Origin: a virus
Lineage: Duplodnaviria; Caudoviricetes
Direction: 5' to 3' (one strand)
Virus record (IMG/VR): IMGVR_UViG_3300029288_006559
Location: 1-64,000 of that record
Length of the DNA stretch: 64,000 nt
Shown here: piece after piece, positions 37,902 through 48,411 of the stretch
Numbering within the stretch: position 1 is the stretch's first letter
Layout: every line of letters starts with the position of its first letter
Position numbers and translations under genes: made by a program
Notes under the pieces: generated by a model
Told to the model about the DNA's origin: nothing
Databases searched by the model: none
Seen by the model: the letters and a program-made list of their open reading frames with translations, nothing else

Positions 37902-40550
37902 ATGTCTATTTCTTTAAAAGAAGTTAATATTTCTTTTACACCTTTTTGGTGTACCCTTTCTTACTCTCCTACTCCTTCACCAAACTTTTCTCGTGAGCTG
38001 TTAATAGCATTTCAGCAATTAGAACAAGAATTAGATGATGCACTAAAGTTTCATACAGAAGGATATTATTTTTCTCCCCAGTATCAGAGCGGGGGGTGGG
38101 ATGGATATACTCATCTCTATCATTTGAAAACACATCGGTTCAGGGCGGGAATGCTTTTAAAGGTGTTAGAGTTTTTAGAAGTTAAAAGCATCGGCGGAAC
38201 TGTATTTAATTTCCCCGATCCGCAAACTTTTTGCCAAAATAGTAATACCTATACTTTACGCCCTTATCAACTAAAAGCAGCACAAGATGTTTGTAAAAGA
38301 CGGTTTGGGATTTTACAAGCTCCTCCTCGAGCTGGTAAGACAAACATAATTATTGCTATTACAGATTCAGAAAGACGGTTTCCCGCCATATTGTTCTGCA
38401 GGAGTTTAGATTTAGCTTATCAAACTGTAGAAAGATTTAGAAACTTTTTACCATCTGTTTCCGTAGGTTTGGTTGGAGACGGTAAGTGCGATATTCAAGA
38501 TATTACAATTATGACAGTGCAAAGCGCTTTTGAGGCTTTTAATCAGCGTCCGAAAAATTTCGATGTAGCAGAAACTGATAAAGCCTTAGTGCGAGATGTA
38601 GAAAAAGCTTCTGTAAGAAAACTTATTACCGATGCGGAGATTGTTTTCTACGATGAGTGTTTTCCAAAAGGTACATTAGTTCATACTGATGTAGATACAG
38701 TAGTTCCTATAGAAGCAATTTATGAAAATCAAGATATTACTCATGTTCTTTCATATAATAAAGAAACACGAACATTAGAAAGAAAGAGAATTCTTAAAAA
38801 AACGAAGAGAGAAATTTCTAAGGATAGACTGTTTTTAGTAGAAACGTCTTTACATAAAGGAGGAAAAAAATATAAAGTTAGGTGTACTGATACTCATAAG
38901 TTTTGGACAAACAATAGAGGGTATGTAGAAGCAAAAGATTTGTGTTGTAATGATAGTTTAAAAGTGTTAACTACCGGGAATATTCAAACAACTTCTTCTT
39001 ATTATCATGTACCTGTTTTTTGCAAGAGGTGTGGTACACGTTTGAGTAGTTATAAAAAGCTAAAACAGCATAATTACAAATGTCATACGAAAGAAGGGCA
39101 GAGAAAAACGCAGGAACATGCACGTAAAATGTGTATGGAAAGGGAAAAGAACCGAACCTGGAGAAAAAATTTAAAATTAATGGGGTTAAGACGAAGAGGT
39201 AAAAATAATACTGTTTTTAGACATCCTGATACTATTAAAAAGATTAGAGAAACTCACCGTCGACTTTTTAGGAATATGCCGAAAAAAGAACAGTTAATGC
39301 AAATTAAGAGGTTTATGAATGCTCCGATACATAAAAGAAATAAGATTAATCGTCCAGAAAAAACTATTATTTCTTTTAAATTTAAAGGGCTTGAATATAC
39401 TGCAAAAGGTTATCATAATGATAGAAAAGAAACTGCTATAGAATTAATATTAGGTGGTAGAGAAAGATATAAGTTTCCTGATTTTACTTATAAAAAAAGA
39501 AAAAAAGTTATAGAGGTAGCAGATTTTGAATATTGGCATACACGAAAAGAAATGAACAAAGTTAAATACGCTTATAAAAAAGCAGGTTGGGATTGTCTTG
39601 TTTTAAATGCAAAGCAGGTTGTCGAGTTTCCAGATAAGATAAAGCGTAAAATTGTAAAATTTTTGTACAATCATAATGTTTCTCCTATTAAGGTAGGTTA
39701 TTCTAAAATAGGCTTTTATAAACCTACCGTTACTGTTTATAATCTAGAAATAGAAGATAATCATAATTATTTTGCTAACGGATTTCTTGTAAGTAATTGC
39801 CACCACTCTTCTGCAAAAACGAGTAGGTATATACTTGATAGATGCAAAAACGCAGTAATGCGTATCGGTGTAAGTGCTACTCCTTTTGAAGGGGATTCTT
39901 CTGATTGGTTGGTAGAAGAATCTATTGGGCCAGTTATTCATAAGATATCTTACTCTGAGCTTGTAAAAGAGGGGTATATTTTACGCCCTTACATTTATAT
40001 GTATAAACTTCCTCCAATGAATTTAAAGGGGGATGCATATCGGACTGTTTACAAGAAAGCAGTAACTCATAATGATTATCTTACTGGTTTAATAAAGAAA
40101 ATAGTAGATACGTTAACTTCTCAAGGTAATTCCGTCGTTGTGCAAACAGAGTTCATTGAACATACAAAACTTCTTGCTGAAGTTACCGGTGGAGTAATGC
40201 TTACCGGTCAGGAACGAGACATGTCTGTGCGTACAGATGTATTGCAAAGGTTGCGCAGTAAAGAAATACTTTGTGTTGTATCTACTCTTTTTGAAGAAGG
40301 TTTAGATGTTGCTTCCCTTGATTATACAATTAATGTGGCGGGGGGTTTAAGTAATATTGGAACATTGCAAAGAATGCGTTCATTAACAGCGTCTGAAGGA
40401 AAGGAAACCTGTGGTATTATTGATTTTTATCATCAATGCGAATATCTTGAAAGACATAGCAAGATAAGAAGAGATATTTACACTTCTGAGGAGGAATTTG
40501 TTTTTGAGATGAGAGATGTAAGTAAGTTAAAATTAGAGGAGATAGAATAA
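37902..40550 (+). CDS. SF2 (UvsW/ResIII-like) helicase with intein
   Basis: LRPYQ, PPRAGKT, DE[intein]CHH, GVSATP, EEGLDV, QRMR. Confidence 0.9.
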   Translation: MSISLKEVNISFTPFWCTLSYSPTPSPNFSRELLIAFQQLEQELDDALKFHTEGYYFSPQYQSGGWDGYTHLYHLKTHRFRAGMLLKVLEFLEVKSIGGTVFNFPDPQTFCQNSNTYTLRPYQLKAAQDVCKRRFGILQAPPRAGKTNIIIAITDSERRFPAILFCRSLDLAYQTVERFRNFLPSVSVGLVGDGKCDIQDITIMTVQSAFEAFNQRPKNFDVAETDKALVRDVEKASVRKLITDAEIVFYDECFPKGTLVHTDVDTVVPIEAIYENQDITHVLSYNKETRTLERKRILKKTKREISKDRLFLVETSLHKGGKKYKVRCTDTHKFWTNNRGYVEAKDLCCNDSLKVLTTGNIQTTSSYYHVPVFCKRCGTRLSSYKKLKQHNYKCHTKEGQRKTQEHARKMCMEREKNRTWRKNLKLMGLRRRGKNNTVFRHPDTIKKIRETHRRLFRNMPKKEQLMQIKRFMNAPIHKRNKINRPEKTIISFKFKGLEYTAKGYHNDRKETAIELILGGRERYKFPDFTYKKRKKVIEVADFEYWHTRKEMNKVKYAYKKAGWDCLVLNAKQVVEFPDKIKRKIVKFLYNHNVSPIKVGYSKIGFYKPTVTVYNLEIEDNHNYFANGFLVSNCHHSSAKTSRYILDRCKNAVMRIGVSATPFEGDSSDWLVEESIGPVIHKISYSELVKEGYILRPYIYMYKLPPMNLKGDAYRTVYKKAVTHNDYLTGLIKKIVDTLTSQGNSVVVQTEFIEHTKLLAEVTGGVMLTGQERDMSVRTDVLQRLRSKEILCVVSTLFEEGLDVASLDYTINVAGGLSNIGTLQRMRSLTASEGKETCGIIDFYHQCEYLERHSKIRRDIYTSEEEFVFEMRDVSKLKLEEIE
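38658..39797 (+). mobile_element. intein (380 aa) in the helicase DECH box, with C2H2 finger and Vsr/PD-(D/E)XK-like endonuclease
   Basis: Starts CFPKGT, ends FLVSN|C; CKRC...HNYKCH; FPDF...VIEV...YWH. Confidence 0.88.
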
Positions 40551-41104
40551 TGGGAATGTACACAAGTATAGTTCATCCTATAAGCGGTAAAGAAATACAA
40601 ATAAAAACAGGAGATGACGCTCTTGGGTGTTATCACATAGGGGATAAGGTTTGTACACATGTTCACCCCCGTGATTTTGGTAGCGGGTGTTGCTTTGACG
40701 GTGCATATTTAGGAATTGCCCTTCTTGATAATAAGCAATACAAGACAGAAGAGTATTGGGTAGTTATTAAAGATAGTATTGTATATTCTGTTATTTTAAG
40801 AAACTCTTGTTTGGAAGTCTATGAAGATAGGGAGAGTATAATAAAACGTTTGAGAATCAAATGTGGTTATAGGTGGTATTGGTATACCCCACGCGCTATG
40901 ATTTTGTTTTACACTCGTGTGTTCTTTAGCTTCTTTAAGTTTTGGTTTGAGAACAGAAAATTTGAAAGGGCAATAGCTCGTCTTACTCCGGAAGAGCAAC
41001 TCTGTTGGAGACTAGCACGTCCTTTGATGAAGCAGTTAAATTATGATAGTATTAGTAAGAAAGTGCTTCGTGTAAAAGGGATAAAAGAAAAGAAGCGGAA
41101 ATAA
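40550..41104 (+). CDS. hypothetical protein
   Basis: GAGGAG RBS, coupled. Confidence 0.6.
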   Translation: MGMYTSIVHPISGKEIQIKTGDDALGCYHIGDKVCTHVHPRDFGSGCCFDGAYLGIALLDNKQYKTEEYWVVIKDSIVYSVILRNSCLEVYEDRESIIKRLRIKCGYRWYWYTPRAMILFYTRVFFSFFKFWFENRKFERAIARLTPEEQLCWRLARPLMKQLNYDSISKKVLRVKGIKEKKRK

Positions 41105-41524
41105 ATGCCTGTCGGTAAACATACTATAGGTTCTTCAAAAGCTACTAACGAATGGAGCAATAAAGATTTATTAATTTATTTTTCTCAAAGGCTCCAGCAA
41201 AGCGTTGGTTATGGTCTTAAGTTAGAAAGCGATGTAGAATGGGCTGCTTTTTTAGGTAGGATCAAGGGCTTTCGTAATAAATTGCATTTGAATTCATTGC
41301 AATATAAAGATTTTATTGATAAAGTATTTGATAACTTTTTTGTGAGTAATGAATATATACCTGTATTCGGCTCTATTGTTAGTGAACGTGTATATAATAT
41401 TATTAAGAAGTATTGTAGTTCTACTCGTCTAATGTATAGTGATTTTGATGAGGTAAAGAAAGAGCTATACTCTAATAATTTATTATTTAAAAAACTATTG
41501 GAGAGAGACGTTCATGTCCGTTAA
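41105..41524 (+). CDS. hypothetical protein, possible helicase-loader partner
   Basis: Sits directly upstream of the DnaC-like ATPase. Confidence 0.5.
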   Translation: MPVGKHTIGSSKATNEWSNKDLLIYFSQRLQQSVGYGLKLESDVEWAAFLGRIKGFRNKLHLNSLQYKDFIDKVFDNFFVSNEYIPVFGSIVSERVYNIIKKYCSSTRLMYSDFDEVKKELYSNNLLFKKLLERDVHVR

Positions 41525-42278
41525 CGGCCGTGTTTTTGTTACTTCTGATGATATTCGTAAGATAAAAGAAGCAACCATAGGTGTTGTTTGTAAGAACAAG
41601 TGTGGGGGAACCGGTTCTATAGTCTCTAAAAACGTTATAAGAGATTGTGAGTGTCTATTAGAGTTTCAAGCTCAATTAGCTTATCTTTGTGCAGGCATTC
41701 CAAAGAAATATTGGAATTTTACTTTTGATGATCTTCTTCCAGCCTTTCAAAAATCTAATACTATTGCGCTTAAAATAATTAGTAATTATTTTGAAAGAAT
41801 TCCTGAAATGATTTTCGATGGTGTGGGTTTATATATTCAAGGAAAAAGCGGTTTGGCAAAAAGTGCGTTGGCCTCTTTGATTTTAAAAGAAGCCAAGTTA
41901 TTAACTTACGACTGTTACTGTATTAGGATGTCTCAGCTAACAAAATTAGTCTTCGAAAGCTTGAATGATCCCGACAAAAGAGATATGTTAAAGTGGTTAA
42001 AGGATGATGTTCAGCTTTTAGTTATTGATGAAATAGATAAAGATTATAGAATTCAGAGCACCGACGGATTTGCGGGCAATCAAATAAACGAATTCTTTGG
42101 AGATGTTTATAATTCTAAAAAAGCTTTAATTGTAACATCTAATCTGTCTAAAAAGGATCTATCAAAAGTACATGCTTTAAACGTTGTCGATCGTTTGTCT
42201 GAACTTGTTGATGTTGTATTAGTAGGCGAAAGTTATCGTAATCAAGAGGATGCACTGAAAAAAATTATAGGTGAGTAG
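41514..42278 (+). CDS. DnaC/IstB-like helicase loader ATPase
   Basis: N-terminal Cys motif, AGIPKKY, GKSGLAKS, LLVIDE, VTSN, GESYR. Confidence 0.88.
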   Translation: MSVNGRVFVTSDDIRKIKEATIGVVCKNKCGGTGSIVSKNVIRDCECLLEFQAQLAYLCAGIPKKYWNFTFDDLLPAFQKSNTIALKIISNYFERIPEMIFDGVGLYIQGKSGLAKSALASLILKEAKLLTYDCYCIRMSQLTKLVFESLNDPDKRDMLKWLKDDVQLLVIDEIDKDYRIQSTDGFAGNQINEFFGDVYNSKKALIVTSNLSKKDLSKVHALNVVDRLSELVDVVLVGESYRNQEDALKKIIGE

Positions 42279-42573
42279 AATGTTATCCGCTTATACATTC
42301 GGGGATTCTAAGGCAGCTCGAATACTCTGTGAAATTTTAGATAAAAGAAATAAGAAAACCAGACATAATGTTTGTCGTCAGATAACTAAGTTTACAGAAA
42401 TTCTTAACTCTATAGCAACAATAAGTAATCAAGAACATAAGGTGAAGTTAGCCCTTATGTTGCTCAACTATTATTTACATTTTTTTGATAATGTTTCGTG
42501 CATAGCTTCTGATTTTGAACTTTTATCTTTTTATAAAAATATTCTTAAGATGAAGTATCGACAAATAGTATAG
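42271..42573 (+). CDS. hypothetical protein
   Basis: Coupled ORF. Confidence 0.5.
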   Translation: MSRMLSAYTFGDSKAARILCEILDKRNKKTRHNVCRQITKFTEILNSIATISNQEHKVKLALMLLNYYLHFFDNVSCIASDFELLSFYKNILKMKYRQIV

Positions 42574-42588
42574 AAGGAGTTTAATACG

Positions 42589-42762
42589 GTGGAGAAAGTA
42601 AAAGATGATTTTGATAGACTTTCAAAAGAACTTTATAAATATATGAAAAAACAAGGATGGGAGCTATTAGTGCTTTCCTCCCCCTTTGTTGTTCAAAATG
42701 TTAGCGACAAAAAGTATAATTTTGATCTCGTGTTTAAGTTTACGGGTAAGAAAATAAAGTAA
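42589..42762 (+). CDS. small hypothetical protein (57 aa, not in ORF track)
   Basis: GAAGGAG RBS, GTG start, stop abuts the next ATG. Confidence 0.55.
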   Translation: MEKVKDDFDRLSKELYKYMKKQGWELLVLSSPFVVQNVSDKKYNFDLVFKFTGKKIK

Positions 42763-42948
42763 ATGAACAATGTAAAATCTATTCTTAAAACGATAGATAG
42801 AGAAATAAGGATACGACAGGGGAGTGCTAGGTGGTTTCGTAAGCACGAACCGTTGAATATTACTGTTTATAAGGTGAGCGAGCTTCATCAACATAGTGTC
42901 ACTGTCTTAAAATACCTAAAACAACAGATAAAAGAATTAAGTGAATAA
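42763..42948 (+). CDS. hypothetical protein
   Basis: Coupled ORF. Confidence 0.5.
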   Translation: MNNVKSILKTIDREIRIRQGSARWFRKHEPLNITVYKVSELHQHSVTVLKYLKQQIKELSE

Positions 42949-44257
42949 TATAAAATTCTTTGATGCAGATATAGAAGCTTATGTAATAGCGTCGTTGTTA
43001 AACGATCCTACGAATTGGAAAAACATTCCAGAAAATTGGTTTCGTGAACCCATATCTCAGAAAGCTTATTCTGAATTAAAAAAATGCCTTGCTCCTCCAT
43101 ATACTACTTTTCCTACAATAGATATTTTAATGAGTACTGTTGAGGATCCTGAGACTAAATTATTTCTAAGAGAATTATCGCACATAAAAACAGATCCCCG
43201 TACCGCCGCTTTTAGAAAAAACGAACTCTTTGAAATGTACGCCACCCGAAGAGTAGATGAGATTATTAGAAGAATACCTACTTCTTTATCTCAAAAGAAA
43301 ATAGATACCCTAGTACAAGAAACAATTCGTGAATTTGCTGAATTGCAAAACCCTTTATTGTATGGTAATAGAGAAAGAGGGTTTATTTATGATCGTGCGC
43401 AAGACAGGTGGGATTACTATAAAGATATAGAAAGCGATCCTACGAAAAGAGAGGGAATTCCTTTTCATATTAATGAATTAGATAAGCATACGAGGGGGGG
43501 CATTAGAAAACCTCATATCTTTTTGCTTTATGCCGCTACCGGAGGGTTTAAGAGTAGGGTTAAAGCAAATTTAGCCTATAATTTTTCTTTTTTAGGCCAT
43601 CAAGATGTTATGGTAATTACTCTTGAAATTCCAAATAATGACTATGAAAGAATTATCGATAGCCGTCACGGGTTGCTGGATTTTAATAATATAGTAGCTG
43701 GAGATTTAGGGCCGGATAAAGATAGGTATTTTGATGCCCTGAGTAATATTATGGTGGCTAAACCTTCTTTATACATTGTTGATATTCCTGATAGATCTAC
43801 CTCAGCCGACGTAATTGCAGAGCTTAATTTATACCGTGCAGAATTCGGAAAGTACCCTGATATTGTTGTTTTAGATTATGTTAATGAAATGGAACCTGTA
43901 GGAGAGTGGCAAGGTACTAGTGATAAATACAAGACGCTCGGCGTAGAACTACGCAGGATTTGCCGTACACACAACATAGCTTTAATTACAAGTATGCAAG
44001 AAAACAGGGAAGGGGCAAAAAAGAAGGATAAAGAAAAGTCGGGACTTGAAAATGTGGGGGAAAGTCATTATTTTTCTAATGTGTGTCATTTAGTTATTCA
44101 CTTATATCAAGATGAGGCTGATGTTGTGGAAAATGCTTTACATTGGAGCATAAAGAAAAACAGGTATGGGCCGAAAGATTTGAGCTTTATTACTTATGCT
44201 AACGCAGCTTTGAACTATGTCGGAGATAGACAATTGCATATAGGAGATTCTGTATAA
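42941..44257 (+). CDS. dnaB: DnaB-like replicative helicase
   Basis: LDKHTRGG, AATGGFKS, ITLE, VVLDY, MQENR, KKNRYG. Confidence 0.88.
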   Translation: MNNIKFFDADIEAYVIASLLNDPTNWKNIPENWFREPISQKAYSELKKCLAPPYTTFPTIDILMSTVEDPETKLFLRELSHIKTDPRTAAFRKNELFEMYATRRVDEIIRRIPTSLSQKKIDTLVQETIREFAELQNPLLYGNRERGFIYDRAQDRWDYYKDIESDPTKREGIPFHINELDKHTRGGIRKPHIFLLYAATGGFKSRVKANLAYNFSFLGHQDVMVITLEIPNNDYERIIDSRHGLLDFNNIVAGDLGPDKDRYFDALSNIMVAKPSLYIVDIPDRSTSADVIAELNLYRAEFGKYPDIVVLDYVNEMEPVGEWQGTSDKYKTLGVELRRICRTHNIALITSMQENREGAKKKDKEKSGLENVGESHYFSNVCHLVIHLYQDEADVVENALHWSIKKNRYGPKDLSFITYANAALNYVGDRQLHIGDSV

Positions 44258-44403
44258 TGGATAATTGGTTTTTTGCTCTTCTTATTGTTTTAGTTTTCGC
44301 TGGAATGTTTTCTATTATTTACTTTCCCTACCTGACTCATAAGAAAAGAGTAGATGAAATTATTAAAAATATAAAATCAACTAAAAGAACAATGTACTTT
44401 TAA
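44257..44403 (+). CDS. small membrane protein (48 aa, not in ORF track)
   Basis: AGGAG RBS; TAATG coupling; single TM. Confidence 0.55.
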   Translation: MDNWFFALLIVLVFAGMFSIIYFPYLTHKKRVDEIIKNIKSTKRTMYF

Positions 44404-44407
44404 TAAT

Positions 44408-44947
44408 ATGTCTAGGCAATCTAGAGTTCAACAAACATTAAATCATTACGGGATCTATTTTGAAGCAGATCCTGCAAAATTATCTGAGTGGTTATATCTT
44501 TGTCCTTTCCACGATGACCATGACGTTGGTAGCGCGTTTTTTAATGATACTAAAGAATGTTATCATTGTTTTAGTTGCGGGGAAGGGGGTAGTTTAGCAG
44601 AATTTATAGCTAAAATAGAAGGGTGTACAACAGCAGATGCTGCTATTCTATTAGATAATAATTTTAAAAAACCTGGAACATATGATTTAGAAGCTACTCA
44701 ACGTTTTCTTTCTTGTAAACTTGATTCTTCTCCATCTTCTGTTACATATCAGCGATTAGTCGAAGGGGTTGTTACAAGATTACTCCAAAAGAGTTCCGTA
44801 AATGTTACATCTTTGCGTAATGCTATAGCCTTTGGAACATGGGCTATGTCTTTTAAAGATGATAATTTGAATAAAAAGTCAAAACAAGTACTTACTCTTT
44901 ACGATGAGTTTTACGATAAGTACATTACAACCAATTGTTTTAAATAA
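44408..44947 (+). CDS. CHC2 zinc-finger protein (primase zinc-binding domain)
   Basis: CPFHDD...YHCFSCGEGG. Confidence 0.85.
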   Translation: MSRQSRVQQTLNHYGIYFEADPAKLSEWLYLCPFHDDHDVGSAFFNDTKECYHCFSCGEGGSLAEFIAKIEGCTTADAAILLDNNFKKPGTYDLEATQRFLSCKLDSSPSSVTYQRLVEGVVTRLLQKSSVNVTSLRNAIAFGTWAMSFKDDNLNKKSKQVLTLYDEFYDKYITTNCFK

Positions 44948-44961
44948 AGAAAGGTTTTTAC

Positions 44962-45897
44962 ATGTCAGAACTTCCAGATATTCAAAATCAAAAAGACGAG
45001 CGTGGTATCGCTATTGATAGAGTTGGTGTAACAGGAATTATATTTCCGACCAAAGTAAGGGTTAAAAGAACGAAGATGGATCAATCTCTTCTTACTCTTC
45101 AACAGGAAACCGCTGCTAAGGTAGATTTATACGTTGGACTTCCTCACGATTATAGAGGAGCTAACCTTTCAAGATTTATGCAATGTTTGCTTTACTTCCA
45201 CCTCCAAGGAGCTGGATGTTTATCTATTGATACATTGCCTGAGCTTTTAAAAAAACTTCAAGAAGAAATGAAAAGTGAAGATGCTTATGCAAGGATAGAA
45301 TTTAATTACTTTGCAAACAAACTTTCTCCTGTAACAGAACTTTCTGCTCCTCAGGCTTACAAGTGTGCGTTTACGGGGATAATGAAAAAGGATGTGTATA
45401 GATTTATCTTGGAAGTGAATGTAATCGCTGCCTCTTTATGTCCTTGCAGTAAAGAGATGAGCCTGTTAGAGAATTTAACTGAAATTGTTAAGGAAAAGGA
45501 TACAGCGACAATCATAGGTGAAGGGGGGCCTCCAATGCTAGCAGGAAAGTCCTTACTCTCCCAGGTTGGTATGGGAGCCCATAATCAACGTTCTTTAATA
45601 CGTGTACAATTAACGTCGAAAGATAATCAAATAATATGGATAGAAGATGTTATTGACGCTATTGAAAAATCAGCTTCTGCTCCTACATACCCTGTATTGA
45701 AAAGGCCAGATGAAAAGTTTGTGACTGAACAAGCATATAACAATGCTAAGTTTAGTGAAGATATTTTAAGAGATTTGCAAAAGAATATAGAAGCTTTACC
45801 TAATGTAGACTCTTGGTCTTTAAAGGTAGAGAACGAAGAGTCTATACATCCTTATAATGTTACATGTTATCAAAATTCTGATAATTGGAATCATTGA
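44962..45897 (+). CDS. folE2: GTP cyclohydrolase I type B
   Basis: LPDIQ, IDRVGV, LCPCSK, AHNQRS, LKRPDEK.VTE.AY.N.KFSED, EESIH. Confidence 0.95.
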   Translation: MSELPDIQNQKDERGIAIDRVGVTGIIFPTKVRVKRTKMDQSLLTLQQETAAKVDLYVGLPHDYRGANLSRFMQCLLYFHLQGAGCLSIDTLPELLKKLQEEMKSEDAYARIEFNYFANKLSPVTELSAPQAYKCAFTGIMKKDVYRFILEVNVIAASLCPCSKEMSLLENLTEIVKEKDTATIIGEGGPPMLAGKSLLSQVGMGAHNQRSLIRVQLTSKDNQIIWIEDVIDAIEKSASAPTYPVLKRPDEKFVTEQAYNNAKFSEDILRDLQKNIEALPNVDSWSLKVENEESIHPYNVTCYQNSDNWNH

Positions 45898-45929
45898 TTT
45901 TATTGATGTTTTTTATGTAAAAAAACCAG

Positions 45930-45958
45930 TTGCTTTTATGTACATATAATTGCATATT
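45930..45958 (+). promoter_or_regulatory. host sigma70-type (early) promoter
   Basis: TTGCTT-N17-CATATT; twin copy at 48523. Confidence 0.65.
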
Positions 45959-45997
45959 GTAGTGTGGTAAGAAAGGTAAAATATATCAATCAAATAT

Positions 45998-46873
45998 ATG
46001 GAGGTATTTATGAATCCCACTAACAATGTTTTACATCACCCCAGAATGCGAAATCGCTGTACCGACAAATCTATTGTCGATTTTCCTGTTATAACTCATC
46101 CACTGCGTATTATAGATGAAAAACAGGAAAAGTTAATTAAAGGTGATAGAGGTGTTTGTGTTGTAAGAAGTGATACTAAAGAAGTTATTTGCCGCGGTAG
46201 TTCCGAGTATCAACTTGTTCCTCATATTCAAATTCTTTCTTCTATAGAAGCTATGTTCGAGGCAAATAATTTGGAATATCAGATATTTGATATTCATACC
46301 GGCGGTACGAAGGGAAATAGGATGTACGTGGATTATATTTTACCCGCACATAAGTTCGATATAGATGGAGACAAATATACTCCCTTTGTTCAAGTACAGA
46401 ATAGTTATGATAAACTTATTTTGTTCGGACTTGTTACAGGTGTTTATCGAACGGCGTGTACAAACGGTTTATTGCTTGGCCTGCGTGATACACAATTTAT
46501 GACAAAGAAACATTTAGGCGAAAATATTTCTTTGAAGGACATTTCTTGGGATATAGATGGTTGGATTCAGAATCTTGGAATTGCACGCGCTCAAATTGCG
46601 AATCTTTTGAAGAAAAAACTATCCAAGACTACTTATGAAGATATATTAAAGAGGGTTTTGAATAAAGAAAAAGATCAAAAGAAGTTTGAAGAAGAAAAGC
46701 TCTACAAGATGTATAGCAAAGAATTTGGTGATAATCAATATGCTTTATTCAATGCTCTGACACATTATGCAACTCATACATTGGATGATGTCGAATTTTG
46801 TAAAAATCATGACAAAGCAAGAGCTATTCAATTAGGTATATCTAAGGTTTTATTGCAGCCGGTTCAAAATTGA
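45998..46873 (+). CDS. DUF932-like phage protein
   Basis: VVRSDT...YQLVPH, NSYD, YRTACTNG, LFNALTHY. Confidence 0.8.
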   Translation: MEVFMNPTNNVLHHPRMRNRCTDKSIVDFPVITHPLRIIDEKQEKLIKGDRGVCVVRSDTKEVICRGSSEYQLVPHIQILSSIEAMFEANNLEYQIFDIHTGGTKGNRMYVDYILPAHKFDIDGDKYTPFVQVQNSYDKLILFGLVTGVYRTACTNGLLLGLRDTQFMTKKHLGENISLKDISWDIDGWIQNLGIARAQIANLLKKKLSKTTYEDILKRVLNKEKDQKKFEEEKLYKMYSKEFGDNQYALFNALTHYATHTLDDVEFCKNHDKARAIQLGISKVLLQPVQN

Positions 46874-46885
46874 CATTGAATAACG

Positions 46886-46915
46886 AAAGCCCTCACTAAG
46901 AGGGCTTTCTATTTT
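46886..46915 (+). terminator. intrinsic terminator
   Basis: AAAGCCCTC-ACTAA-GAGGGCTTT followed by a T-rich tail. Confidence 0.75.
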
Positions 46916-46999
46916 ATATATCTATATAAGGAGAATAAATATGGAAGCAAAACAAATTGAAAAGGACTGACAGTTAATTGATTAGAAAAGGAGCGGAGT

Positions 47000-47971
47000 A
47001 TGAGTGACATCTCAGTAGAAATTGATAAATTAGCTGAACAATGTTGTGAAAAAATGACTTGGAGTGCCAGAACAGAATATTTTCGTTATCAGAAGCGGGT
47101 GCGAGAAGAAGGTAAATGTATTAAGAAAAGATATGAGGTGGGTAATTATTATTATAAAGGTAAACGGCGTGGGCAATTGCGCGATGTATATGAAGTAAAG
47201 GGAGATCTTTTTAATCAATTATGGAAAAAATTATACCCTTACGCAATTACATCAATTATGAATTCTGGTATTGCTAAAGACAGGGACGATGCAGAGTGTA
47301 TTGCATCTGATATGAAAGCTCAAGCTTTTTATGTTCTGCGATCTTTCGGATCCGTTGTTCGTGGCAAGAAGCGTAATCAGAAATTTTCAGGTGTGTTTCG
47401 TACTATTGTAATAAATGTTCTTCAGACCACCGCAAGACGTAGGGGTAGAGTTTCAAAACATAAAATTGAAGAACATAAAATTACAGAATATAGATGTCCT
47501 GAATGTGGTAGTGAACTATATCAGCATCCAAATCTAGCATTTAAAGATATTTTAATTTGTCCTCATTGTGATAATAAAGAATTTTCAAAGTTCGGGAAAG
47601 GTTATAGTACTCGTATTTTATTTGATGCTGTTAGTATCAATTCTCCTGTTAATAGCGATGAAAACGGGAATGGAATGACTTTAGAGGATAAGATTCCCAG
47701 CAGTTCTATTGTAAACAATTTTCCCTTGATAATAGATGTCCCCGATAAATTTCAATCATACATTTTTGATTTATTAAAAGGGAAATCTATAGTTGACGTA
47801 GCAAAACAGAATGGGTACCGGACGAAGGAAAGAATTGCAAAGTTTAGGTCTGATTTGCAAGAAGCAATGGGGCCTGTTTTGCAAGAATATTTTCCGAAAA
47901 AATTACATTATGATGAAAAAAAAGAAATGTGGAAAGTAATAAAATCTATTAAAAAGGAGAAACATATATGA
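47000..47971 (+). CDS. divergent sigma-factor-like protein with zinc-ribbon insert
   Basis: Region-2-like helices, CPECG...CPHC, SINSPV...TLEDKI, C-terminal HTH (GKSIVDVAK). Confidence 0.5.
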   Translation: MSDISVEIDKLAEQCCEKMTWSARTEYFRYQKRVREEGKCIKKRYEVGNYYYKGKRRGQLRDVYEVKGDLFNQLWKKLYPYAITSIMNSGIAKDRDDAECIASDMKAQAFYVLRSFGSVVRGKKRNQKFSGVFRTIVINVLQTTARRRGRVSKHKIEEHKITEYRCPECGSELYQHPNLAFKDILICPHCDNKEFSKFGKGYSTRILFDAVSINSPVNSDENGNGMTLEDKIPSSSIVNNFPLIIDVPDKFQSYIFDLLKGKSIVDVAKQNGYRTKERIAKFRSDLQEAMGPVLQEYFPKKLHYDEKKEMWKVIKSIKKEKHI

Positions 47972-48411
47972 AAAACTTAATTGTTTTTATAATTGCAATA
48001 ATTACTTTGTCCGGCTGCTTTGGTCCTGCAGCTGATATTATTTTGCAAAAAGATGATTTATTTACCCAACCATTGAAAAAGGTTCTAATCAAGGTTGAAA
48101 GTCTTTCGGTGGCAGATAAACTTCAAACAGAAGAAGAACTGGTTGAAGAATTTAAGACGGTATTAATAGATGCCAGTGCAGATCACGAGCTTTTTCCACT
48201 GACTGAGGATTATTCTTTAACATACAGAGATAGTGTTTTAAAGGCTCAAAATTTCGATGGTATTCTTGAAATACGCCCTTATGGGAATATTATCCTATAT
48301 GATATACAAGGACGTAAACTTGTAGTAGCGGGTAATTTAAAGTCAGAAAAATTTCCAGATGCTTACTATCTCGTGATGTGGCTACAAGGACTTGGTTTTA
48401 CAGAAGGTTAG
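47968..48411 (+). CDS. lipoprotein
   Basis: Lipobox LSGC after a hydrophobic signal. Confidence 0.7.
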   Translation: MKNLIVFIIAIITLSGCFGPAADIILQKDDLFTQPLKKVLIKVESLSVADKLQTEEELVEEFKTVLIDASADHELFPLTEDYSLTYRDSVLKAQNFDGILEIRPYGNIILYDIQGRKLVVAGNLKSEKFPDAYYLVMWLQGLGFTEG

